DNA of 63,118 nucleotides, counting the filler, from Octopus bimaculoides (taxonomy: Eukaryota): NCBI RefSeq assembly GCF_001194135.2. It is 8 parts of 7 records of this genome, joined end to end, with 100 filler letters (N's around TTAATTAATTAA, not from the genome) between each part and the next. Parts side by side here need not be neighbours in the genome. Positions count along the whole stretch, not along the records: positions 8,074 to 17,778 come from NC_068984.1; positions 17,879 to 23,760 come from NC_068983.1; positions 23,861 to 31,668 come from NC_068988.1; 5 more parts are not named here. The stretch is one strand, 5' to 3'. Positions 13,182 to 24,715 of the stretch are shown piece by piece; within the stretch, counting starts at the first letter, position 1, and every line of letters starts with the position of its first letter. Made by a program: the position numbers and the translations under genes. The notes beneath the pieces are model-generated. The model saw only the letters and a list, made by a program, of their open reading frames with translations. It ran no database searches and was not told where the DNA came from.

Positions 13182-14339
13182 AACGAATGTTCTGATTCGA
13201 AAATTAGAAAAAGCAATGCGTATTATTATTCACATTTTTCGGAGTTGTAAGATATGTACACTATCTCTGTCTCTGTTTGTTGCCCCCTCTCTCTCCCTCC
13301 CTCTGTCGCTTTCTATGTGACTACAGTAGAAAACAAATCAGTACCAAGGTATACACGTCAGACATCAGTTGTGAGGACAATATACTTGTCGTCATAGAGT
13401 GACAGAAAAACGACGAGAAATTAAAGAGAGACCTTAGAAACTAATTCCATATTAAAGTTCAGTGTCCGGGATGGAAGAAAAAAAATTCCCGACAATCGAT
13501 ACAATGAATCCATTTGTAGATATTAGATTCAAGGAGAAAACAGCAGATACATCACGTCTCTTGACAATAAATACACAAAGACATACGAGCATGGAGACAG
13601 CAAATGTCTACAAAGTTACAAAATATCAGTTGCAAAATCCCTACTTAGAAGAGAATTTCTATTCACTTCCGCCATCGAAGCACTACCTAAAGATATTTAG
13701 AGTAAAACAAACACTAATCAACGGCGCTTATTCTAATAACAAACAGACCGAGCTATAGAACAATGCAAAAAGAAACAGTATAACAAGTATTCTGTATTTG
13801 CTATATAGTATTTCTTTTCATATTATAATCAGACACTACATCAATTCAAAATACATAAACTACGGTAAAAACCATATCCAAACCTTGTAAAAACAGAGCA
13901 CAAAATCTAGAATACTAGACAACAAATTAAGACTTATACTATACTACAAAACCTACTAAGTTGTTTTCTTTTTCTTTTTCTTTTTTTTTTGTCAAGAACA
14001 AACGTCAAATAAGTAAACTCGCGAATAAGCTATAAATTATTAATGTGGCTTATAAATTCAATTGCAAACATAAAAGTTGCAAATATTACGACTTCAACTG
14101 TTATATTGACCATATATGTTCGATACTCTCTCACCTTCTACCGTTCACTTACAAGGACTATAGCATATAAGACAAATCAAAACTAAGTAGAAAAACAGTA
14201 AAGAACAATGGAACTACTCTACAAAATTACTCAATTAACAGTTGAATACATATAACACTAATGCTACAATAAAATTACATACAGCATACATTTGTCACAA
14301 TAAAAAACAAACATATGACTGAGAAAGTATAACGGTAGC

Positions 14340-14538
14340 TGTCAGAATTAGAATTCTGGCGGTAATATTTCATTCTTTCGGAGTCGATATATTAAGTATC
14401 AGTTGCGTACTGGTGTCGATTTTGTCGACTGCCCCACCCAAAAAAATTTCGGGCCTTGTGCCTAGGGTAGAAAAAAAAAAAGAATCGTTAGCACGGCGGA
14501 TGAACTGCCTAGCGGTATTTCGTTTGCCGTTACGTTCT
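14340..14538 (+). mobile_element. SINE A 3' half followed directly by a SINE A 5' part
   Basis: Tail GGCCTTGTGCCTAGGGTAGAAAA at ~14452-14480 then head GAATCGTTAGCACG...TACGTTCTG. Confidence 0.8.
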
Positions 14539-14723
14539 GTAATTAGAAACCTTGTTTCAGGCATGGCAAACGCGTATATANNNNNNNNNNNNNNNNNNNN
14601 NNNNNNNNNNNNNNNNNNNNNNNNNNNNNNNNNNNNNNNNNNNNNNNNNNNNNNNNNNNNNNNNNNNNNNNNNNNNNNNNATAATAATAATAATAATAAT
14701 GATGATGATGATGATGATGATTA

Positions 14724-14878
14724 TTTCAAAATTGGCACAAGGCCAGCAGTTTAGTGGGAGAGGGTAAATCGATTTCGTCATCCCTAATGCTCAACTGGTA
14801 CTTATTTTATCGACTTCGAAAGAATGAAAGGCAAGTCGACCTCAGCGGAATTTGAACTCAGAACGTGAAGATGGACGA

Positions 14879-14880
<2 letters not shown>
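14724..14880 (-). mobile_element. SINE A, 5'-truncated, between (AAT)n/(GAT)n and (AAT)n(AAG)n
   Basis: Revcomp of family A body. Confidence 0.85.
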
Positions 14881-14971
<91 letters not shown>

Positions 14972-15877
14972 AAGAAGAAGAAGAAATTTACTAGATTGTG
15001 AGTACACCANNNNNNNNNNNNNNNNNNNNNNNNNNNNNNNNNNNNNNNNNNNNNNNNNNNNNNNNNNNNNNNNNNNNNNNNNNNNNNNNNNNNNNNNNNN
15101 NNNNNNNNNNNNNNNNNNNNNNNNNNNNNNNNNNNNNNNNNNNNNNNNNNNNNNNNNNNNNNNNNNNNNNNNNNNNNNNNNNNNNNNNNNNNNNNNNNNN
15201 NNNNNNNNNNNNNNNNNNNNNNNNNNNNNNNNNNNNNNNNNNNNNNNNNNNNNNNNNNNNNNNNNNNNNNNNNNNNNNNNNNNNNNNNNNNNNNNNNNNN
15301 NNNNNNNNNNNNNNNNNNNNNNNNNNNNNNNNNNNNNNNNNNNNNNNNNNNNNNNNNNNNNNNNNNNNNNNNNNNNNNNNNNNNNNNNNNNNNNNNNNNN
15401 NNNNNNNNNNNNNNNNNNNNNNNNNNNNNNNNNNNNNNNNNNNNNNNNNNNNNNNNNNNNNNNNNNNNNNNNNNNNNNNNNNNNNNNNNNNNNNNNNNNN
15501 NNNNNNNNNNNNNNNNNNNNNNNNNNNNNNNNNNNNNNNNNNNNNNNNNNNNNNNNNNNNNNNNNNNNNNNNNNNNNNNNNNNNNNNNNNNNNNNNNNNN
15601 NNNNNNNNNNNNNNNNNNNNNNNNNNNNNNNNNNNNNNNNNNNNNNNNNNNNNNNNNNNNNNNNNNNNNNNNNNNNNNNNNNNNNNNNNNNNNNNNNNNN
15701 NNNNNNNNNNNNNNNNNNNNNNNNNNNNNNNNNNNNNNNNNNNNNNNNNNNNNNNNNNNNNNNNNNNNNNNNNNNNNNNNNNNNNNNNNNNNNNNNNNNN
15801 NNNATATATATATATATATAAGTTATTTATCACAAAGGAAAGAAGTACTGAATATACAGTATATTCTTTTATTGTTG

Positions 15878-16271
15878 TATTCTTTTACTTGCTTCAGTCA
15901 TTTGACTGCGGCCATGCTGGAGCACCGCCTTGAAGTGGTTTTAGTCGAACAAATCGAACCCAGGATTTGTCTTTTTTAAGCTTAGTACTTATTCTAACGG
16001 TCTATTTTGCCGAAGCGCTTGGTAACGGGGACGTAAACATACCAACACCGGTTGTTAAGTGGTGGTGGTGGGAGACAAACATATCCAAACTCACACACAT
16101 CCACACATATATAATACGACAGGCTTCTTTTAGTTTCCGTCTAGCAAATCCACTCACAAGGCCTTAATCGGCTCGAGGCTGTAGTGAAATAACCCAAGAT
16201 GTCACGCAGTGGGACTGAACCCGGAACCATGTAATTGGGAAGCAAACTTTCAACAACACAACCGTACCTGC
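15878..16271 (-). mobile_element. tRNA-derived SINE family B, full length (head + internal microsatellite + tail)
   Basis: Tail revcomp of CAGTCAAATGACTGAAACAAGTAAAAG; head revcomp of CATGGTTCCGGGTTCAGTCCCACTGCGTG. Confidence 0.9.
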
Positions 16272-17171
16272 TTCTATAGAATATAGAATATAGTATAGAA
16301 TATAATCGTATTAATTTGTTCCTTTAATTTTTACATTTCATACAACATCTTAAATGCCACATCGTAATTTACAACATGCCATCTATCCGATCATCTTAAT
16401 GTGAAACTTTGAGTCAGGCAAACGGCTTCAACTGAATGAGTGTATGTATATATGTATATGTATGCCTGTGTGTGTGTATGTGTGTGTATAAGTATTTATG
16501 TATCTATGTTGGTAGCTTTGTAGGAAACTGAGTTAGAACTCACATTTATTTTTAGCTGAATTAAAAAGAAATTATATACATTGCAACCATTAGTTTCCCC
16601 GTTTTACTGATTTCCAAACAATCAGTTTAATAAACGAGACTATGTTGTATTTATATACTGTATAAACGTCAAAAACATTTAACTTTTACCTCTTAGAGAA
16701 AAACTATACCTTTTACTAAGACTTTATTGTGTATCAGCGTTCAGAAATTATACCTGCTTGTCGCCATCACTTAAAATATTTATCTGTTAAAAATATTTTG
16801 AATTACACGACACAAAACTGTATAATCACATAACATATCTATCAACATTCTAAAGAAAATCAAAATATTTCTTTAGCTAATGTGAACAGAAAATAATACG
16901 TTATTTTTTAGCGTCATATATCTAAAAGGGAAGCTTGCAAATAAATGACAGCCTTATACAATTTCGTTCTAACAAGTTTTGTATTGTCAACATGCAACGT
17001 CGCCGGTTTTTACTGTTTATATCGCATATAAATACAATGTTGCCTTATTTACTAAATCAGTTAAATGTATAATTAAGCCGCAAATATTCTTGGAGTATTT
17101 ACACTCTTCTGTTTTCCTTTCATGTGCATTTGTATGTGTGTCCATATGATTTATGCGTCTATGTGTAAATT

Positions 17172-17205
<34 letters not shown>

Positions 17206-17336
17206 AATTTTAACGTATATATTTATGAGTTTTTGTATGTGTAAATATATGTGTGTGTGTGTATATATATATATAATTATATATATAAATACACATACGT
17301 ACATACATACATATATGTTTTGCATATACATGTGTG

Positions 17337-17369
<33 letters not shown>

Positions 17370-17571
17370 ATATCTATCTATAATACATATATATATCTAC
17401 AAGTAAGTAAACAAACGAAAGAAAGTGGCACTGAACACACTTGACAGGCGTTACATAATATCTTTAATGACAGTTTGACTTAGCTTCACAGTTTCGTGGG
17501 CGAGTAGGATGCATCCATCTCAACAGATATCAGGTTATTATTGGATATATATATATATATATATATATATA

Positions 17572-17770
17572 GGAGGGAGAATGTACGAAAAAAACAACAA
17601 TAGACGAGGACAGGTGGTGTAAACAACAAAAGGATGTATTAGTATGACGCTCGGGAATACGGAAAGTCTTTAACGTTTCGAGCTACGCTCTTCAACAGAA
17701 AGAATACGGAGAAAACAAGGAGAAAAACACGGAGGAAAAAAATTGAATGGTGTTTGGTCAACGATCTATC
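17572..17770 (-). mobile_element. Short non-coding hammerhead-bearing element (family H1) in (TA)n
   Basis: Flanked by (TA)n on both sides; homologous to 49473-49571; contains the hammerhead below. Confidence 0.75.
17667..17703 (-). ncRNA. Minimal type-I hammerhead ribozyme (U6 core variant)
   Basis: UCUUU-CUGUUGA-A-GAGC(GUA)GCUC-GAAA-CG-UU-AAAGA: 5 bp helix I, 4 bp helix II, palindromic ACGU helix III. The second copy at 49473 has GUC at the cleavage triplet. Confidence 0.7.
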
Positions 17771-18267
17771 ATATATATNNNNNNNNNNNNNNNNNNNNNN
17801 NNNNNNNNNNNNNNNNNNNNNNTTAATTAATTAANNNNNNNNNNNNNNNNNNNNNNNNNNNNNNNNNNNNNNNNNNNNATATATATGCGTGTGTGTGTGT
17901 GCGTATGTATTCATATATCGAAAAGGGAGATTGCGGAAAATTTCTTTATTCACCATTACAAATGTATCATTGGTTAATAGGTTTACAAAATTATGACAAA
18001 CATATAAGAGAAACGTGTAAGACGTCTATTAGAAATTCTTCAGGCGGAGAATTAAAAGAAATGCAAAATTTACATTTGGATGAAGCGTTTATATATGGTT
18101 AGAAATAGTAATATTTCTATTACATGTGTGTGTGTGTATGTGTGTGTGTGTTTGGCTTCTTGCTCTTGTGATAGTATTTCTTGTTGTCTTGTCATCTTTA
18201 TTGTTTTATTTGATTTGGGGGGTTTTTTTACCTCTTGTACGAAGTGCAATTAATACTTTTAATTATA

Positions 18268-18539
18268 CGGCCAGCAAATTTGAGGGGAAGGGGCGAGTCG
18301 CTACCATCAACCCCAGTAGACGACTGGTAGTTTACTTTAGCCTCCTTGAAAAGTAAAGTTGAGGGAGGGGGCTAGTCTATTATATCGACTCCTGTACTCA
18401 ACTTGTACTTATTTTATTTACTGCGAAAGTTTGAGCGGCACAGTTGACCTTGGCAGAATTTGAACTGAGAGCGTCAAACTGGAAGAAACGCTGCTAAATA
18501 CTTTGTCCGGCGTGCGAACGGTTCTGCCAGCTCACCGGC
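18268..18539 (-). mobile_element. Two adjacent SINE A copies (3' fragment + near full length)
   Basis: Ends with GTTCTGCCAGCTCACC (revcomp of head). Confidence 0.8.
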
Positions 18540-18770
18540 TTTAAATGCATTTAATAATCTTTTCTATTAAAGGCACAAGNNNNNNNNNNNNNNNNNNNNN
18601 NNNNNNNNNNNNNNNNNNNNNNNNNNNNNNNNNNNNNNNNNNNNNNNNNNNNNNNNNNNNNNNNNNNNNNNNNNNNNNNNNNNNNNNNNNNNNNNNNNNN
18701 NNNNNNNNNNNNNNNNNNNNNNNNNNNNNNNNNNNNNNNNNNNNNNNNNNNNNNNNNNNNNNNNNNNNNN

Positions 18771-19535
18771 TGGTGGTGCTTGGTGGGTCGTGATGGTGGT
18801 GGTGGTGGTGGTGGTGGTGGTGGCGGTGGTGATCGTCGTCGTTGTCGTCGTGGTGCTTGGTGGGTTGTGGCAACGATGGTGGTGTGCTTGGCGGGTGGTG
18901 GTGGTGATGGTGGCCGTAGTAGCGTTGTGGTTTGGGTGGTGGCTGTGGTCATAATCCCCGTTGTGACGATGACGATGATGATGACGATTGGGTGGGCGGT
19001 TGTTTGTTGTGCTCTTGAAGGATGTTTCTGGGTGCGCCTAACTTGCAAAGCAGAAACAACAGCACCAACAACAATAGCAACAACATAATATAACAAAAAA
19101 AAAAAAGAAAAAAGAAAAGCTGCACAAATGCAGACATTGGGTTTAAGCCAACAACATTGTTCGTCCATGGCGTAAAGGAAGAAGAAATGAAGTTCAGAGC
19201 ACGATTAGAGATGACGCGGGGCGGGGGGAGGCGGAGGCGGAGTCCGGAGGTCTGTGAGACAATAGCCATAGATAGAGGGGGAGTAATAACAATAACGATG
19301 GTGGCGGTGGAGGTGGTGGCGATGGAGGTGGTGGCGGCGGCGCTGAGTAAACTTCCTTGGCCAATATTACTATTGTCTGTAAATGCTAAGACAGAGGGAT
19401 AGAAAAAGAAAAGGAAAGAAAGAAAGGCGGGAAAGAAAGAAAGAAAGAAAGAAAGAAAGAAAAGCAGAAAGAAGGACATAGAAGACAGAAAGAAAGAAGG
19501 AAAGAAAGAAAGAAATAGAAGAAAGAACGGAGCGA

Positions 19536-19595
<60 letters not shown>

Positions 19596-19647
19596 AATAG
19601 AAGACAGAGCAGAGAGAAAAAAAGAAATAGAAGAAAGAACGGAGCGA

Positions 19648-19700
<53 letters not shown>
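18771..19700. repeat. (GGT)n-like low complexity, then (GAAA)n with an internal ~110 bp duplication
   Basis: Directly visible; GAAATAGAAGAAAGAACGGAGCGAAAG occurs at ~19512 and ~19624. Confidence 0.9.
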
Positions 19701-19702
<2 letters not shown>

Positions 19703-19910
19703 TTAAAGATGAGACCGGAAGAAAAATAAAGAATGAACGAAAACGTTGAGGAAAAAAGATAAGACATTATAAGAAATTAGGTTGCAATAAATGAAAGAGA
19801 GAAAAGAGAATGAGAGAGAGAAAGAGTAAATGAAAGAAACAACAAGACAAATAAAGAAAGAAGTAAAATAGTTCGAGAGAGGAGAGTAGCCCTGGCAGTA
19901 ATTTTATTCA

Positions 19911-19920
19911 ACCGGAAGTG
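19911..19920 (+). promoter_or_regulatory. ETS-type motif ACCGGAAGTG
   Basis: Motif match only; no transcript evidence. Confidence 0.25.
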
Positions 19921-20661
19921 AGGTCGTTTGTCTTGTTTGAAAGTGTAAAGTTAATACAAAACCCATGTTTATGAAACGACTAGGTTGTTCTGATATAGAT
20001 CAACTATAGCGACGGAATAGAGAGGTAGAATATGTTTATTTTATGAAGAGAGAGAAAGAGAGCGAGAGGAGGGACATAGGAGGGAAAGAGAGAAAGTGAG
20101 AGAGAGAGAGAAGGGGCAAAGCGAATAAGAAAGAAAAAGGAGAAAGATACAAAGAGAGGAAAGTACTTATGGTGAGAAGGCTTGTTTGAAAAAATAATAT
20201 TTACGACGCATAATACAAACGCGCGCACACACACACACACACACATACATACATGAATATACATACATACATTTCAGAGAGAGAAAGAGAGAAAGGATTT
20301 ATTAAAACTGAATGTTTTATCAGATGACCTGAGTTTCACGCTGTTGCGATCTTCAGGTGAGACCACGCATTCGCACACACATACACCGCATGAATCATGT
20401 AATGTTATGTTATTCTTTTACTTTTTGATTCCAGACATACTGGCATAATGATATGCATTCTCTGAAGCATTTAGCTTCCCCAATAATCCTTCCCCACACC
20501 GTAAGTATATACTTTATACGCTTGTTTGTGACATGGATGGTTTTGTGGATATTTTTTCTCTCTTTTTTATCCGACAGAATTCGAATATTGCAAGACTAAG
20601 CTGACGCACAAACTAAGCGTGTCTGTGTTACCACAAGATTTTAATGTTTATGTTCGATATA

Positions 20662-21107
20662 CAGTAATCCGTCGCCATATCGCGGTTCACCTATCGCTGT
20701 TTATTATTTAAGCTTACGTCGATCCCTCTGTGGTATTGTCAAGCATTTATAATAAAATAAATATATACAAATTATAAAGATAATACAAAATATATAAACA
20801 GTACAGTACTGTTTCAGTGGTGGCGCAATGGCCCAGTGGTTAGGGCAGTGGACTCGCACCAACTTTCTCTCATTCTTTCTTCCTGTTTCTTGAGTAACGC
20901 TGCGATGGACTGGCGTCCCGTCCAGCTGAGAAGGGGGGACACATACGCCATAGAAACCGGGAAACCAGGCCCGTGAGCCTGGCAAGACTTTAATAGAGCG
21001 CATAAATAAATAAATAAATAAATAGCAGTACTGTTTCTACTTCGCGGATTTTCGCCTATCGAGTGAGCTTTTGGAACGTAACACCCGCGATAGTCGAGGG
21101 ATGACTG
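20662..21107. mobile_element. pogo/Tigger-like MITE with TA TSD, interrupted by a SINE
   Basis: TA|CAGTAATCCGTCGCCATATCGC and GCGATAGTCGAGGGATGACTG|TA; second partial copy at 55959. Confidence 0.85.
20816..21025 (+). mobile_element. tRNA-derived SINE family C, apparently internally deleted, with 12 bp TSD
   Basis: TGGCCCAGTGGTTAG A-box, no B-box visible, (TAAA)n tail, TSD CAGTACTGTTTC at 20804-20815 and 21026-21037. Confidence 0.85.
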
Positions 21108-21477
21108 TATTTAAAACTTTGTGAGCCACGAATAAGAGGAAGATACATAGAAATACTGAAGCTGCATTTTGGTGCTAAGTTTGTCCAAACCGAAGGTTTA
21201 TAGTTATTTACAACAGTATTTTCCGTATAATTACAGCTAACTCTCAAGCTGTTTTCATCAAACAGCTTGTTGGAATAATGGTTAATAGGAAAATTTCTAG
21301 GTCTACTGACTGATTCAAACGAATGATTAAGCTCTACTACATTTCAACGACCGGGTTAATAACATTTTTTATGTACATTCATACACACACATACGCACAC
21401 ACTCGGCGGGGTGGGTTGTTTCTGTGTGTGGGTGTGTGGGTGTGTGCGCGCGCGCGTCTGTGTGGGTGAATGCGTAT

Positions 21478-21508
<31 letters not shown>

Positions 21509-21616
21509 TATATATATACACACATATATATACATACACACACACACATATATATACGTATATATATATATATATGTATATATACATACATATAAATAAT
21601 ATATATGTATATATAT

Positions 21617-21672
<56 letters not shown>

Positions 21673-21746
21673 NNNNNNNNNNNNNNNNNNNNNNNNNNNN
21701 NNNNNNNNNNNNNNNNNNNNNNNNNNNNNNNNNNNNNNNNNNNNNN

Positions 21747-21798
<52 letters not shown>

Positions 21799-21988
21799 CA
21801 ATGTAAAATAATATACATAAAAACATGAAATATATATATTTTTCCCCCCGACATAGAAAGCTCTCAAATTATGGCAATTTAGTACTTTATAACTAACAGT
21901 TTCATTGTTCGATTTTATTTCATTATTATTATTATTATCATTAATATTATTATAATTATTATTATTATCATTATTATTATTATTATTA

Positions 21989-22029
<41 letters not shown>

Positions 22030-22539
22030 TACAAGACTTGATTAGAAATGCCATTAATAATTACTGAGGTGTTTATCTGTCACTATAAACCTGAATACAC
22101 GACCATGGCTGTCTCCTCTCCATTTTATATTAAGGTAAAAGTTCAGCAATCTATGTGTTTAATTAAACTCTATGAAAAATCTTTAATTTACGCGCTCCCT
22201 GCTCTCTTACAAATAAATATTTAATTCGATACGACTTATTAAACGCCGAATTTTACATCACATTTCTTTACTGTTTTCTTGTTTTTTTTTCCAGTTCTTT
22301 ATATATTATATATTCATATACGCATGTTTTTTTTTCTGTTATCTTTATTTTATTTATTCATTTTTTAGTTTTTTTTTCTTTTTTGGCTAGTGCTGTCTCT
22401 AAGGTTGGTGTTCTTGTTGTTGATCCAAGAGGTGGGTGGGAAACGGGTGGGTAGGAAGCGGAGCCGTTACAAAATGTAAATTGTAAATATTAATATGAAA
22501 GATAAACGTTGGCGTCGGTCCGAACATACTGAGCAGCCA

Positions 22540-22619
<80 letters not shown>

Positions 22620-22703
22620 TTGTTGTCATTATAAGTAGAAGTAGCTGCTGTAGGGATAATATTACTATTATCATTATTATTATTGTTATTATAGTTGTAC
22701 TTC

Positions 22704-22736
<33 letters not shown>

Positions 22737-22768
22737 TTATCATTTATTACTTCTGTTATTACTATTGA

Positions 22769-22996
22769 GGCAGCGAGCTGGTAGATTCGTTAGCACGCCG
22801 GACAAAATGCTCGGCAGTATTTCGTCCGTCCTTACATCCTGAGTTCAAATTCGGTCGTGGATGACTTTCACCTTTCGTCATTTCGGGGTCGATTAAGTAA
22901 GTACCAGTTGAGCCCTGAGAACGATGTCATCGGCTTGCCCCTCACCCCCTAAACTTCTGGCTCCATGCCAAAATTTGAAGCCATTATTATTATTAT

Positions 22997-23031
<35 letters not shown>

Positions 23032-23132
23032 TTTCGGGGTCGATAAATTAAGTACCAGTGAAACACTAGATTCGATGTAATCGACTAGCCCCCTCCCCAC
23101 AAAATCTTAGGTCTTGTGCCTATATAGTAGAA
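22769..23132 (+). mobile_element. Full SINE A (22769-22984), microsatellite, then SINE A 3' half (23031-23132)
   Basis: Family A head and tail motifs. Confidence 0.85.
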
Positions 23133-23182
<50 letters not shown>

Positions 23183-24150
23183 CATTATTATTATTATTAT
23201 CATTATTATTTCTATTATTATTATTATTATCAATATTGTAAAATTGCTAATTTCTCACCCTCACTCCCTATCTGTCTCTCTCTTTCTTTCCCATTAACAT
23301 CACTCCTCGCTCTCTGACTCAATATCTGATTTTCGTCTCCGTCTCGCATTCTATCTTTGTCTCTCTCTCTCTATCTCTACACATATACGTGTGTAAGTGT
23401 GCGCTTCTTTATGTGAGTGTGTGTGAGTGCGTTGTGTGCGCGTTCGCATGTATATCAATGTACGAATCATTCTGTCTCTGTGGTTTTCTTCTTCTTCTGT
23501 CTGCCACTGGAGTCTGTTTCCTGTGTCGCATGCGAGACATACAGACTTACCTTTAGACGTCAATTGTTACCAGGTCATTTCGTGTGTGACGAATTTATAA
23601 ATGTTTGCTCTCTGGTGATATATGCCGGAATGTTGGAATGCACACGCATATTACGTAGAGTTATGGGTGTTTATGTCTGTAAACACACACTCACACATAC
23701 ACACACATATAATATGTATAATATATTTATAATATATAATATGTGTATATATATATATATNNNNNNNNNNNNNNNNNNNNNNNNNNNNNNNNNNNNNNNN
23801 NNNNTTAATTAATTAANNNNNNNNNNNNNNNNNNNNNNNNNNNNNNNNNNNNNNNNNNNNGTATGCATATACACGAGGGGCGCAGTGTCCATCAAAATAT
23901 GATGTTATCCTTACCGCATCGCCTCCCCACTTCTTACCCTTGTTCCATAGTATAAACATCTTTCTAAAAGGTTGGCCGCGTCGGTGATAGAGGCGCAGAA
24001 ACGGAAGTACGATCGTGACACTACGTTGCAGTTGGTTCTCAGAGAAGCTAAAAGATAAAAATCTACAAAAATGATTCTTCCAGCTCACTACCTCAATAAT
24101 AATGATAATTATTATTGTTATGACTATGATTATGATTATTATTATTATTA

Positions 24151-24611
24151 AAGCAAAAAAAAGAGAAGAAGAATGCCATTGTTATCAAGTGAACGATATT
24201 TCGGCATCTAGCATACCTTCCACAACTTCAAAAAATAAATTTGTCAATCTACTTCATTTTTGGTAATATTTTATAGGATTGAGGTGACTCCTCTAGTATA
24301 CAGAAGCCAAAAAAGAAGAGTGCCATTGTTATCAAGTGAACGATATTTACCTCAATCCTATAAAATATTACCAAAAATGAAGTAGATTGACNNNNNNNNN
24401 NAGAGTGCCATTGTTATCAAGTGAACGATATTTACCTCAATCCTATAAAATATTACCAAAAATGAAGTAGATTGACAAGTTTATTTTTTGAACCTGTGAA
24501 AGGTACGCTAGACGCCGAAATATCGTTCACTTGATAACAATGGCACTCTTCCTTTTTTTTTTTTGCTTCTGTATACCTACTGGAGGAGTTACCTCAATCC
24601 TATAAAATATT
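24151..24611. mobile_element. Hammerhead-bearing ~147 bp unit (family H2): ~1.35 units on minus plus ~1.2 inverted units on plus, in (ATT)n
   Basis: TGCCATTGTTATCAAGTGAACGATATTT repeats at 24174 and 24321; 24434-24611 is the reverse complement of the unit. Confidence 0.8.
24489..24529 (+). ncRNA. Minimal type-I hammerhead, degenerate core; second copy at 24190-24230 on minus
   Basis: UGAAC-CUGUGAA-A-GG..CC-GAAA-UA-UC-GUUCA. The minus copy reads UGAAG-UUGUGGA-A-GGUAU(GCUAG)AUGCC-GAAA-UAUC-GUUCA. Two-copy consensus core CUGUGGA, palindromic AUAU helix III, AUC cleavage triplet. Confidence 0.6.
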
Positions 24612-24638
24612 ATTAGTATTATTATTATTAGTAGTAGT

Positions 24639-24703
<65 letters not shown>

Positions 24704-24715
24704 TATTATTATTAA

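Noticed and set aside
13460-13900. Possible L2/Crack LINE 3' end
   Set aside because: Resemblance too weak to call without an alignment.
17470-17530. Second CTGTTGA...GAAAC...GTC on minus near H1
   Set aside because: Helix I does not pair and helix II is ambiguous.
18551-19767. Pro/Thr-rich and FLSF ORFs; TTPP mucin-like repeat at 60340-60421
   Set aside because: Trinucleotide and tetranucleotide low-complexity DNA next to gaps.
24317-24476. 75 bp exact tandem duplication across a 10-N gap
   Set aside because: Most likely an unmerged contig overlap.
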